This document shows positions 36,767-48,258 of a stretch of 64,000 nucleotides of DNA, piece after piece; within the stretch, counting starts at the first letter, position 1, and every line of letters begins with the position of its first letter. The position numbers and the translations under genes are program-made. A model generated the notes under the pieces. It did not search any database, had not been told where the DNA came from, and was given only the letters and a program-made list of their open reading frames with translations. Source of the DNA: Malacoraja senta (Eukaryota); contig CM075983.1 of the NCBI GenBank assembly GCA_038087875.1, positions 43,772,001 to 43,836,000 on the forward strand, in the 5' to 3' direction.

Positions 36767-37468
36767 CAGACAATAGACAATAGACAATAGGTGCAGGAGT
36801 AGGCCATTCGGCCCTTCGAGCCAGCACTGCTATTCATTGTGAGCATGACTGATCATCCACAATCAGTACCCAATTCCTGTCTTCTCCCCATATCCCTTGA
36901 GTCTTTAAGAGCTCTATCTAACTCTCGCTTGAATACATCAAGAGAATCAGCCTCCACTGTCTTCTGAGGCAGAGAATTCCACAGATTCACAACTCTCTGG
37001 GTGAAAAATGTTTTTCCTCATCTCCATTCTAAATGGCCTACCCCTTATTCTTAAACTTTGGCCCCTGTTTCTGGACTCCCCCAACATCGGGAATATGTTT
37101 CCTGCCTCTTGTGTGTCCAATCCCTTAAGAATCTTATATGTTTCAATAAGATTCCCTCTCATCCTTCTAAATTCCAGTGTATACAAGTCCAGTCGCTCCA
37201 TTCTTTCAACATATGACAGTCCCGCCATCCCGGGAATTAACCTCGTGAACCTACACTGCATTCCCTCAATAGCAAGAATGTCCTTCCTCAAATTTGGAGA
37301 CCAAACTGCACACAATACTCCAGGTGTGGTCTCATCAGGGCCCTGTACAACTGCAGAAGGACTTGTTTGCTCCTATACTCAACTCCTCTTGTTATGAAGG
37401 CCAACATGCCATTAGCTTTCTTCACTGCCTGCTGTACCTGCATGCTTACTTTCAGTGACCGATGTACA
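36767..37468 (-). mobile_element. CR1 LINE 3' fragment
   Basis: ORF 36947-37315 WSPNLRKDILAIEGMQCRFTRLIPGM; (agacaat)n tail. Confidence 0.9.
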
Positions 37469-37802
37469 ATGTCCGCAATGAGATAGAGGAGAATCGGACA
37501 GTATCCTAGCTTATGGAACAGAGGGGAAGAAGCTGTTCCTGAGTCTAGTGGCGTGCGCTTTCAAGCTTCTGGATCCTCTGCCTGATGGGAGCGTGGAGAG
37601 GAAGGAATGACTGGGGTGGGAAAGGTCTTTGATTATTATGGCTGATTTCCCTAGACAGCGTGATGTATAGATGAGTAAGTAGTGGGGAGTTGTTCTGTGT
37701 GATGGACCGGGCTACGTCCACAACTCTCTGCAATTGTTTGCGGTGTTGGGCAGATCTGTTCCCAAACCAAGCTGTGATGCAACCCGACAATATGCTTTCT
37801 AT

Positions 37803-37899
37803 AGGTACACAAAAATGCTGGAGAAACTCAGCGGGTGCAGCAGCATCTATGGAGTGAAGGAAATAGGCAACGTTTCGGGCCGAAACCCTTCTTCAGACA
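37803..37899 (-). mobile_element. 97-bp Penelope terminal insertion (hammerhead core plus tail)
   Basis: 9-bp TSD GCTTTCTAT at 37794-37802 and 37900-37908; near-identical to 58435-58530. Confidence 0.85.
37869..37896 (-). ncRNA. Minimal hammerhead ribozyme core (GUU triplet)
   Basis: Minus strand CTGAAGA-A-GGG-TTTCGG-CCC-GAAA-CG-TT. Confidence 0.55.
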
Positions 37900-39399
37900 G
37901 CTTTCTATGGTGCATCTGTGGAGAATTATAAGTCATTGGAGACATGCTAAATTTCCTCAGTCACTGAAGGAATTAAAGGCATTAGTGTGCCTTCTCTATA
38001 TTTTTACGGTATAGATAGATAGATTCTTGATTAGTATAGGTGTCAGGCATTATGGGGAGAAGGTCGGAGAATGTGGTTAGGAGGGAAAGATAGATAAGCC
38101 ATGATTGAATGACGGAGTAGACTTGATGGGCTGAATGGCATAATTCTGCTCCTATCACTTATGAACATGAATGTGGTCGTAGAGCCGGAGAGCAGGAGGA
38201 ATCACAGAGGGGGAGCAGCTAGAGAGGGTGTTGCAGGACACCTGTCGGAGAAGTTCTTCGATGCAGGCATAGCTTGAGTAGATTTTGCAGTGGAGCAGAC
38301 AAAATGTGTAGGAAGGAATTGCAGATGCTGGTTTCCATCGAAGATAGACACAAAATGCTGGAGTAACTCAGCAGGTCAGGCAGCATCTCTGGAGAAAAGG
38401 AATAGGTGACGTTTTGGGTCGGGACCCTTCTTCAGACTAGCGCGTTGGTATTAGACATCTGGCAATGTCGCGTTCATCAACGTTGAATGGAGTGTCAACC
38501 AAGATTATTTAGTCAACTATTCGACAAGAACCATAGCCCTACTATATTATTTCAGCATGGGCAAACCAGAACTGTTGAGGAGTTATTCCTTGTTGCTGAG
38601 CAATGTGTAAAGGGTGTATTTAATTTAATATGTTTAGGTTCATGCACAATTGAAAATCTGCTCCTCATAATGTTTCGCATGCGGAATTATGAGCAGCTGG
38701 GGTTGAGTAAAAGGCTGCAATTTAACAATAGGGTGCATGTCTTGAAAGCCAAACTCAAGTAATTTATGGAGGTGATTCTTACCTTTCAATTAAATAGCAG
38801 TGTTGAACGTGGCCCATACATGTATTTTATATAATATGTGTAACCAAGGACTTAATGAAGTGAAGACACCACTAATGGCGGAATATGACGCATGAATCCG
38901 AGAACATTGCGTTCTAGAGGTGGTTTAATGAGGGGATTCCACTAGTTTGCTTGGAGGAAGTATATATGTCACCTGGACACTAATTAATGGGAAAGAAGTA
39001 CTCAATTTCGTCTGCACGGATCCTAAGAATGTCAATCGGCTGATGAATGCAATTTACATAAATAACTTAACCATCAATTTGATTTTGTCCAAAATGAGCA
39101 CTATTTCTCCCAACCTAATTAGCAGCAGGTAGGTAGGTCCATGCACTGAAGCTTGAAGGAAAGACACAAAGTGTTGGAACATGGATAGGTGACGTTTTGG
39201 GTTGGGATTTATATGGTCATAGTTTTGTGCAGCACAGAAACAGGCCATGTGGCCCATCTCATCCATGCTAACCATTACACCTACCTATACCAATCCCACT
39301 TGCCTACATTAATCCCACATGCCTCTTTGCCCTGTTCATTCAAGTATCTGTCTAGACCTCTTGTAAATGTCCAAAAAAGACACAAAGCGATGGAATAAA

Positions 39400-39870
39400 T
39401 CAGTATGGACACAAAAGGCTGGAGTAACTCAGCGGGACAGGCAGCATCTCTGGAGAGAAGGAATGGGTGACGTTTCGGGTCGAGACCCTTCTTCAGACTG
39501 ACAGTGGGGAGTGGGGGGAAGAAAGCTGGTAAAGGCCGAGACACAGGGAAATGTGTGGTAGGTAATAGGTTGACACAGGCGAGGGGGATCTTTTTGACAG
39601 GGAGATAGTTGGAACAAAGGCCAGAGAAAATAACAGTAGTTGTGAAACAAATGTGAAGAGTAGTGGGTTGTGAAGCTAGGGGGAGGAAAGTACTGGGGAG
39701 GGAGACAGGGGATGGGGGTTAGTCGGATGAAAGTGGGGGGTCCAGGTGGGGAACACGATAAGGAAGGGGGGAAGAGAGGGGTGGGATGGGGTTAGTTGGG
39801 GGTTATCTCAACTTGGAGAATTCAATGTTCACATCATTGGGTTGTAAGCTACCTGTGGAATATGAGGTCA
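39400..39870 (-). mobile_element. Penelope 3' remnant
   Basis: End of GIY-YIG ORF (ggagaattcaatgttca...gggttgtaagct), purine-rich UTR, terminal repeat. Confidence 0.8.
39469..39496 (-). ncRNA. Minimal hammerhead ribozyme core
   Basis: Minus strand CTGAAGA-A-GGGTC-TC-GACCC-GAAA-CG-TC, all consensus core positions present. Confidence 0.6.
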
Positions 39871-39924
39871 ATTTTTCAGTTTATACTCTAATTGTTACAT
39901 TGTTATTACGTCCAAAACCTCCTT

Positions 39925-40562
39925 TGGACTTTAGACTTTAGAGATGGAAACAGGTCTTTTGGCCCAATGAGTCTGCACTGACCAGTGATCACCATGTACA
40001 TAAGCACTATCCAACACACTAGGGACAAGTTAAAATTCACAGGAGCAAATTAACCTACAAACCTGCACATCTTTGGGATGTGGGAGCAAAAGGGAGCACC
40101 CGAAAAAAACACATGTGGTCACAGGGAGAATGTACAAACTCTGTACAGATAGCACCCGTAGTCAGGATCGAACCCGGGTCTCTGGTACTGTAATGGCCCT
40201 GTCCCACTGTACGAGTTCATTCAAGAGCTCTCCCGAGTTAAAAAAAAAAATCAAACTCGTGGTAAGCACGGAGAATGAAAGTAGCGGGTACGTCGGAGCT
40301 CGGGGACGTGTCTTAGCGGCTCATAACGCTAACGGCAGGTACTCGGGAAGACCCGCTAACGGCAGGTAAGCTCGGGAAGACTCGTGAAGAATTTTCACCA
40401 TGTTGAAAAATGTCCACAAGAGCCCCGAGTACCGACGAGAGGCCATTACCATAAATCTCCGAGTTCGAATCAGGACAAACTCGGGAGAACTCTTGGAATG
40501 AACGCGTAGAGTGGGACAGGGCTTTAAGGCAGCAACTGTGCTGCTGCGCCAATGTGCCGCAC
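39925..40562 (-). mobile_element. V-SINE interrupted by a MITE
   Basis: SINE sequence is contiguous once 40194-40527 is removed. Confidence 0.85.
40194..40524. mobile_element. PIF/Harbinger-type MITE, 331 bp
   Basis: About 45-bp TIR GCCCTGTCCCACT(G/C)TACG...; TSD TAA (40191-40193, 40525-40527). Confidence 0.9.
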
Positions 40563-41003
40563 CTATCTCATCAGAGTATTTGGATAGATTTGAGTTGGCC
40601 TTCAGCAAGGCAAGTGAATTGCTTTTAGAATTACTTTTAGAATTGCTTTTGGACCTTGCAGAAGATTGTGTGGGAGCCTTGGTCAGTGGATGGCTCCAAG
40701 GCACCGAGGGTTGCAGATACAGTAATGGTGTGGCCCTCCTCTTCTTGCAGAAACCTGTTCATGTCTGCATAAAGAGCAGTTATGGTATGGAGCTGAATGG
40801 TGGGGAGGGCTGCCATCATTATCGGGGTACATGGTCATAGTGGGGTGATCCAAATGTCATCTAGGCCCAGAGGCATGCATGAGAAACAACACTTATTGCT
40901 TCTGCAACCAAAAAAAACAAATTAATTGTGACAAATATTGAGAATTATTTGTATCGCACCTTTATATTAAGCATTTGAAGTGAAACCAATGTTCTTACAT
41001 GCA

Positions 41004-41243
41004 ATTTAGTTTAGAGCTACAGTGTGAAAACAGGCCCTTCAGCCCACCGAGTCGATGCTGACCAGCGATCCCCGCACACTAAGACTATCCTACACACACT
41101 GGGGTCAATTTACTATTATACCAAGCCAATTAGCCGACAAACCTGTGCTGTACGTCTTTGGAGTGTGGGACGAAAGCGGATATCCCAGAGAAAACCCGGG
41201 CAGATCACGGAGAGAACATAAAACTCCGTACAGACAGCACCCG
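41004..41243 (-). mobile_element. V-SINE, 5' truncated
   Basis: Tail and V-domain. Confidence 0.8.
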
Positions 41244-41524
41244 TGGTTGCCATGCTGCGTGTTCTCTTGGGCTGAAGATTGAAGGGGCAATGCTGATAGT
41301 TCAAACAGAAGCTTGACTGCGTGGGTTTTCTCCGGGTGCTCCGGTTTCCCACCAACGATCCAAAGACCTGCAGGTTTATAGGTTAATTTTGACCTCTGTG
41401 AATTACCACTGGTGTGCAGGGAGTGGATGTGAAAGCGGGAGAACTAGTGTGAATGGGTGATCGACAGTCGACGTGGATACGGTGGGCCTACGGGCCATTT
41501 TCCATGCTGTATCTCTAAAACAGA

Positions 41525-41970
41525 TAGACTACGTATGATGAGCATTTGACGGCACTGGGCCTGTACTCCCGGGAGTTTAGAAGGATGAGGGGGGGTGGAC
41601 CTCATTGAAATTTACCGAATAGTGAAAGGCCTGAATAGATTGTGTGCGGAGAAGATGTTTTCATTAGTGGGAGAGTGTAGGACTGGAGGGCATAACCTCA
41701 GAATAAAAGGACGTACCTTTAGGAAGGCGATGAAGAGGAAGTTCTTCAGTCAGAGGATGGTAATTCTGTGGAATTCATTGGCACAGACAGCTGTGGAGGC
41801 CAAGTCATTGGGTATTCTTAGGTGCAGATTGACAGGTTCTTGATTAGTGCGGGTATCAAGGATTATGGGGAGATGGCAGGAGAATAGGGTTAGGAGAACA
41901 AGACAGATCTGCCATGATTGAATGGCAGTGTAGACTTGTTGGCCTATTTCTGCTCCTATGACTTATTATC
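41525..41970 (+). mobile_element. CR1 LINE 3' fragment
   Basis: ORF 41595-41843 DLIEIYRIVKGL...GHNLRIKG...WNSL. Confidence 0.85.
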
Positions 41971-42007
41971 TTGTGGACTTGTGAGACAATGAACGTTTTG
42001 TTGTGAA

Positions 42008-42325
42008 GAACGGTGGTGCAGTGGTAGAGTTGCTGCCTCACAGCGCCAGAGACCCATGTTCCATCCTGACTACCGGTGCTGTCTGTGCAGAGTTTGTGTG
42101 TTCTCCCCATGACCAGCGTGGGTTTTCTCCGGGTGCTCCGGTTTCCTCCCACACTCCAAAGACATACAGGTTTGTAGGTTAATTGGCTTTGGTAACAATT
42201 GCAAATTGTCCCTCGTGTGTAGGATAGGGTTAATGTACAGAGAAGGCTGGTCGCCGCAGACTGGTTGGGCGAAGGGCCTGTTTCCGCGCTGCAGCACTAA
42301 ACTGAACAAAATAATTAAACTAAAA
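42008..42325 (+). mobile_element. HE1-like V-SINE
   Basis: Full copy. Confidence 0.85.
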
Positions 42326-42694
42326 TGGTATCTAAGGTAACCCTAACTCTTCCTCAACAATGACACTGGAGATCCACACATAGTATTAACACAATGGCAT
42401 GATCATTCACTCTGACATGTCATCACCAACTATGGGGAATCTCCTCCACAGCCTAAAGGAACATCCTTTCTGACGCCAATTTGGAGCATGGTCTCTTTCA
42501 TTAAAAAAAACTCCCAGAGATATTCTTGTCGAATTGTTTCTTAGTGAGTCACTTAACAAAGTGCTTGAGACAGTCACTTAAGTGCCAGATGGATAGATAA
42601 GATGCAACTAAGGCCTTTGAGAACACACTCCGGTTTCACTGCTTAAAGAAACTCATAGCATTAATAAAAATGATGTTACGAGAATCGTGTGATG

Positions 42695-42782
42695 GTCTTA
42701 CCTTCCATGCCCTCAAGGTCGGCTGCGCTGGTGCACCCCGGGGCACGGGGATTGAAGATGGCCGGGCGAGGAGAGGGTCGTC
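42695..42782 (+). mobile_element. Third fragment of the GC-rich unclassified repeat
   Basis: tcttaccttccatgccctcaaggtcggctgcg matches 34784-34870. Confidence 0.6.
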
Positions 42783-43834
42783 GGCGCTGTAAAGCAGCAA
42801 CTCTACTACTACGCCACCGTGTCACCCCTAAAATATTTAACGGCAGTAGTCCGGAAGTGTATTAACTGGGCGGCAGGCACAGTGGCACAGCGATAGAGTT
42901 GCTGCCTTGCGACGCCAGGGACCCGGATTCGATCCTGTCCGTGCGGAGTTTATACGTTCTCCGTGTTGGTTTTCTCCAGGTGCTCCAGATTCCTCCCACA
43001 TCCCAAAGACGTACAGGTTTGCAAGTTAGTAGTTGAAACTAAGCTAGGGTGGAAGTGTGAACGGCGAAGAGGATGCTAAGAGGTTGCAGGGTGACTTTGA
43101 CAGGTTGAGTGAGTGGGCAGATGTATGGCAGATGCAGTATAATGTAGATAAATGTGAGGTTATCCACTTTGGCAGCAAGAACAAGGAGGCAGATTATTAT
43201 CTCAATGGTGCCAGATTAGGAAAAAGGAAAGTGCAATGTGACCTAGGTGTCCTTGTACACCAGTCACTGAAAGTAAACATGCAGTTACAGCAGGCAGTGA
43301 AGAAAGCTAATGGCATGTTAGCCTTCATAACGAGAGGATATGAGTATAGGAGTAAAGAGGTCCTTGTGCAGTTGTTCAGGGCCCTGGTGAGACCACATCT
43401 GGAGTATTGTGTGCAGCTTTGGTCTCCTAATTTGAGGAAGGACATTCTTGCTATTGAGGCAGTGCAATGTAGGTTCACGGGGTTAATCCCGGGATTGCGG
43501 GACTGTCATATTCATATTCACTGGAATTTAGAAGGATGAGAGAGGATCTTATATTCACTGGAATTTAGAAGGATGAGAGAGGATCTTATAGAAACATATC
43601 TATATAATTAAAAGTCTTATCTTGACCACTTCCTGTCTGCGCTGCATATTGATTTTAGAAAAAACGCTACCATATATTGCTATGATTTTTGGCCATCTTA
43701 CTCACAGTCCTGCTCCGCTGAGCAGGCCCTGAGGATTTTTCCCATCGATGAAAAATAAAAAAGTTATGAATGTTTAAAAGACCTTGAGATCCTCTTGCCT
43801 GTCAATCACCGCGATGAAGGTAACGCCCCTTCCT

Positions 43835-43900
43835 GGGGGGGCGGGCGGGGGGGGGAGGACTATAAAACCCCAGATGCCTGGACGTGACTCAGCCACTCTG
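43835..43900 (+). promoter_or_regulatory. Putative Pol II core promoter in the Helitron
   Basis: GGGCGG boxes 43839-43848, TATAAAA 43861-43867, CA at 43890-43891 about 30 nt downstream, TGACTCA 43885-43891; motif evidence only. Confidence 0.4.
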
Positions 43901-43999
43901 CAAGATCGCGAGGGAGAGGCCACGAATCACAATCTAAGCTGTGAATCAACTGAAAAGTGAGTCTACAATGTACTTGCAATAAATGATTTGTTAGCCCTT

Positions 44000-46057
44000 A
44001 ATGAAAATGAAATGAGTTGTTTGGCCTGCCCTGTGCTTTGAACTGCAATGGCAATGGAAGTGGAATGAAAATGCAATGGGCTGTTTGGCCTGCCCTGTGC
44101 TTGAAACAGCAATGGCAATGGAAATGAAATGAAAATGCAATCAGCTGTTTGGCCTGCCCTATGCTTGAAACTGCAATGGCAATGGAACTGAAATCAAAAT
44201 GCAATCAGCTCTTTGGCCTGCCCTGTGCTTGAAAATGGAATGGGAATGGAAGTGAAATGGAAATGCAATCAGCAGTTTGGCCTGGCCTTTGCTTGAAACT
44301 GCAATGGCAATGGAAGTGAAAGGGAAATGCAATCAGCAGTTTTGCCTGCCCTGTGCTAGAAACTGCAATGGCAATTGAAGTGAGATGAAAATGCAATCAG
44401 CTGTTTGGCCTGCCCTGTGCTTGAAACTGCAGTGGCAATGGCAATGATATGAAAATGCAATCAGCTGTTTGGCCTGCCATGTGCTTGAAACTGCACTGGC
44501 AATGGAAGTGAAATGAAAAAGCAATCATCTGTTTGGTCTGCCCTGTGCCTGAAACTGCAATGGCAATGGAAGTGAAATGAAGATGCAATCAGCTGTTTGG
44601 CCTGCCCTGTGCTTGAAACTGCAATGGCAATGGAAGTAATATGAAAATGCAATCGGCTCTTTGGCCTGCCCTGTGCTTGAAACTGCAATGGCAATGGAAG
44701 TGAAATGTAACTGCAATGAGCTGTTCAGCCTACCCTGTGCTTGAAATTGCAATGTCAATGGAAGTGAAATGAAAATGCAATGAGCTGTTCGGCCTGCCTT
44801 GCTCTTGAAACTGCAATGTTTGGCCTCCTCTGTGCTTGAAACTGCAATGACAATGGTAATGAAATGATAATGCAATCAGCTGTTTGGCCTGCCATGTGCT
44901 TGAAACTGCACTGGCAATGGAAGTGAAATGAAAAAGCAATCATCTGTTTGGCCTGCCCTGTGCCTGAAACTGCAATGGCAATGGAAGTGAAATGAAGATG
45001 CAATCAGCTGTTTGGCCTGCCCTGTGCTTGAAACTGCAATGGCAATGGAAGTAATATGAAAATGCAATCGGCTCTTTGGCCTGCCCTGTGCTTGAAACTG
45101 CAATGGCAATGGAAGTGTATGAAAATGCAATCAGCTGTTTCGCCTGCCCTGTGCTTGAAACTGCAATGGCAATGGAAGTGAAATGAAATTGCAATCAGCT
45201 GATTGGCCTGCCCTGTGCTTGAAACTGCAATGGAAGTGAAATGAAAATGCAATCAGCTGTTCAAACTGACCTGTGCTTGAAACTGCAATGGCAATGGAAG
45301 TGAAATGAAAATGCAATCAGCTGCTCGGCCTGCCCTGTGCTTGCAACTGCAATGGCAATGGAAGTGAAATGAAAATGCAATGAGCTGTTCGGCCTGCCCT
45401 GTACTTGAAACTGCAATGTTTGGCCTGCCCTGTGCTTGAAACTGCACTGGCAATGGAAATGAAATGAAAACGCAATCAGCTGTTCGGCCTGCCCTGTGCT
45501 TGAAACTGCAATGGCAATGGAATTGAAATGAAAATGAAATCTGCTCTTTGGCCTGCCCTGTGCTTGAAACTGCAATGGCAATGGAAGTGAAATGAAAATG
45601 TAATCAGTTGTTTGGCCTGCCCTGTGCTTCAAACTGCAATGGCAATGGAAGTAATATGAAAATGCAATCGGCTCTTTGGCCCGCCCTGTGCTTGAAACTG
45701 CAATGGCAATGGAAGTGAAATGAAAATGCAATCAGCTGTTTGACCTGCCCTGTGCTTGAAACTGCAATGGCAATGGAAGTGAAATAAAAATGCAATGAGC
45801 TGTTCGGCCTGCCCTGTGCTTGAAACTGCAATGGCAATGGAAGTGAAATGAAAATGCAATGAGCTGTTCGGCCTGCCCTGTGCTTGAAACTGCAATGGCA
45901 ATGGAAGTGAAATGAAAACGCAATGAGCTGTTCGGCCTGCCCTGTGCTTGAAACTGCAATGGCAATGGAAATGAAATGAAAATGCAAAGAGATATTTGGC
46001 CTGCCCTGTGCTTGAAATTGAAATGGAAATGAAATAAAATGAGTTGTTTGGCCTGCC
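44000..46057. repeat. 64-bp tandem satellite, about 32-33 units
   Basis: Consensus TGTTTGGCCTGCCCTGTGCTTGAAACTGCAATGGCAATGGAAGTGAAATGAAAATGCAATCAGC. Confidence 0.97.
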
Positions 46058-46500
46058 AGAAACCACAAATTTCGGCCCACAAGGCCCCTATTAGCCGAAA
46101 AACCATTCCCTTTTGCCCAAAATGCCCGTATTAGCCTAGGAGGGGCATTTTGGCCCAAAAGGCCCATGCCAGGCCAGGAAAAGTCCTGAAAAAATGCCTT
46201 TCACAGAGATTTCACAGATTTTTTTTAAGTGCCCCTTCGGCACATCAGGCCTGTACTAGCACAGGAGGCGACCCTTCAGCCCATCAGTAAGTATTCCCCC
46301 TGCAAGTATTAAACCTCACCCCAGTATTTTTCTCCCTCCCTTCATTGGCTCCCTGTGAGTTCCAGGCCAGGGTGGACTTTCCTCCTTCATTGCTGTGATC
46401 TGTAGAAAAAATGAAAAATGTCTTAAATTGATTCTCCACCCTCTCCCCCTTCTCTCTCACAGATTCTCTCACCTGTTTTGGGCAGAATTCCTGGCAGTTT

Positions 46501-46666
46501 CTGAGCTGCCAGCCCACCAGGCCTGAGTGACTGAGCTGCCACCCCACTGGGCCTGAGTGACTGAGCTGCCAGCCCACCAGGCCAGAGTGACTGAGCTGCC
46601 AGCCCACCAGGCCTGAGTGACTGAGCTGCCAGCCCACCAGGCCTGAGTGACTGAGCTACCAGCCCA
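46501..46666. repeat. 30-bp tandem repeat, 5.5 units
   Basis: CTGAGCTGCCAGCCCACCAGGCCTGAGTGA. Confidence 0.97.
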
Positions 46667-47864
46667 AGAATTCATTTGGCCCACAATATCCATACTAGCC
46701 CTCTGGTAACCAGTCCCTTCGACCCATAACACCCATACTAGCACTCCAGAACCCCCCCCCCCCCCACTGGCCACCAATATTGGAATTGGTGGAGAGGTGG
46801 AATATTGCGTTGGGGGACCATCCCTCCGTGTGAACATGGGACCCAACTGGTCCCAGTTAGTCTAGTAAAATTATAAAAGGACTAGACAAGCTAGATGCAA
46901 GAAAAATGTTCCCAATGTTGGGGGAGACCAGAACCAGGGGCCACAGTCTAAAAATAATGGGGAGGCCATTTAAAACTGGGATGCAAAAAAAAATTCTCAC
47001 CCAGAGAGTTGTGAATTTATGGAATTCTCTGCCACAGAAAGTAGTGGAGGCCAATTAACTGGATGAATTTAAAAGAGAGTTAGGTAGAGCTCTAGGGGCT
47101 AGCGGAATCAAGGGGTATGGGGAGAAGGCAGGCATGGGTTACTGATTGTGGATGATCAGCCATGATCACAATGAATGGCGGTGCTGGCTCAAAGGGCCAA
47201 ATGGCCTCCTCCTGCACCTATTTCTGTTTCTATGTTTAACAGGCCTCGGTAAATTGCCCCTAGTGTGTAGGGAGTCGATGTGAAATTGGGATAACATAGG
47301 AACTAGTGATCATTGGCTATGCAGACTCGATGGACACCCAAGGTCAGGATCGAACCCGGGTCTCTGACGCTGTCAAGCAGCAACTCGACTGCTGCCCAAC
47401 AAAAAGTGCGCAAAAATAAAGAATCTCACTGGACCTTAGTATACGTAATAATAAAAGAACCGTTGAACCATTGATGAGATCATGTAACAACTACATCACT
47501 GTATCCAAACTTAATAACATTGTCCATGGTCAACACTTGAATGAAAGGTGACCCTCCAAGTTATAGGTGAATGGGGTAAGCTGGTGTTGTTATAGTTCCT
47601 GCTTTCCAGCAGGGGCTGCTGAGATGCTCTGTGCCTTCTTGAAAGCAGCAAACATCAGAACTGTCAGCGGCGTAACTAAAGGCATTGGAAATCACAAATC
47701 CTCACTTCTCACTTAGCATTTTTGTGGAATGCAATCTGTCACATTACAGCGTTCTCCAGCTCTGGGCTGCTGACAGTGTCAATCAGCCTGGCAGCATGCA
47801 GGGAGAAGCCAAGCTGACAGACACTTTTCATTAGCAATTAATTGCACATGGATGGCTCGAGCGT

Positions 47865-48258
47865 NNNNNNNNNNNNNNNNNNNNNNNNNNNNNNNNNNNN
47901 NNNNNNNNNNNNNNNNNNNNNNNNNNNNNNNNNNNNNNNNNNNNNNNNNNNNNNNNNNNNNNNNNNNNNNNNNNNNNNNNNNNNNNNNNNNNNNNNNNNN
48001 NNNNNNNNNNNNNNNNNNNNNNNNNNNNNNNNNNNNNNNNNNNNNNNNNNNNNNNNNNNNNNNNNNNNNNNNNNNNNNNNNNNNNNNNNNNNNNNNNNNN
48101 NNNNNNNNNNNNNNNNNNNNNNNNNNNNNNNNNNNNNNNNNNNNNNNNNNNNNNNNNNNNNNNNNNNNNNNNNNNNNNNNNNNNNNNNNNNNNNNNNNNN
48201 NNNNNNNNNNNNNNNNNNNNNNNNNNNNNNNNNNNNNNNNNNNNNNNNNNNNNNNNNN
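47865..48258. other. Assembly gap (394 N)
   Basis: N run. Confidence 1.

Larger units (their letters stand above)
37470..37995 (-). mobile_element. Rex1/Babar LINE fragment, interrupted
   Basis: ORF 37545-37790 SGCITAWFGNRSAQHRKQLQRVVDVARSITQ. Confidence 0.85.
43599..46865 (+). mobile_element. Complete non-autonomous Helitron, 3267 bp
   Basis: 5' TC(TATATAAT); 3' hairpin TGGGACC-caact-GGTCCCA (46837-46855) then CTAG; inserted between A and T with no TSD. Confidence 0.9.
43035..47237 (+). mobile_element. CR1 LINE fragment (RT C-terminus and 3' UTR) split by a Helitron
   Basis: ORF 43057-43539 LQGDFDRLSEWADVWQMQYNVDKCEVIHFG...LVRPHLEYCVQLW; gaaacata|taaaattataaaagg rejoins across 43598/46866. 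Confidence 0.9.

Noticed and set aside
38487-39132. ORFs in unique DNA (also 60367-60588 and 48414-48895)
   Set aside because: No recognisable domains or splice structure; lengths expected by chance
42697-42705. Minus-strand splice donor AG|GTAAG
   Set aside because: Lies in a repeat fragment, with no supported exon
43998-46167. Many overlapping ORFs (FHFHCHCSFKH, LPLPLQFQAQG repeats)
   Set aside because: Translations of the 64-bp satellite; the unit is not a multiple of 3 and frames rotate
44000-46666. CRISPR-like appearance of the arrays
   Set aside because: Head-to-tail repeats with no unique spacers, no cas genes, eukaryotic context
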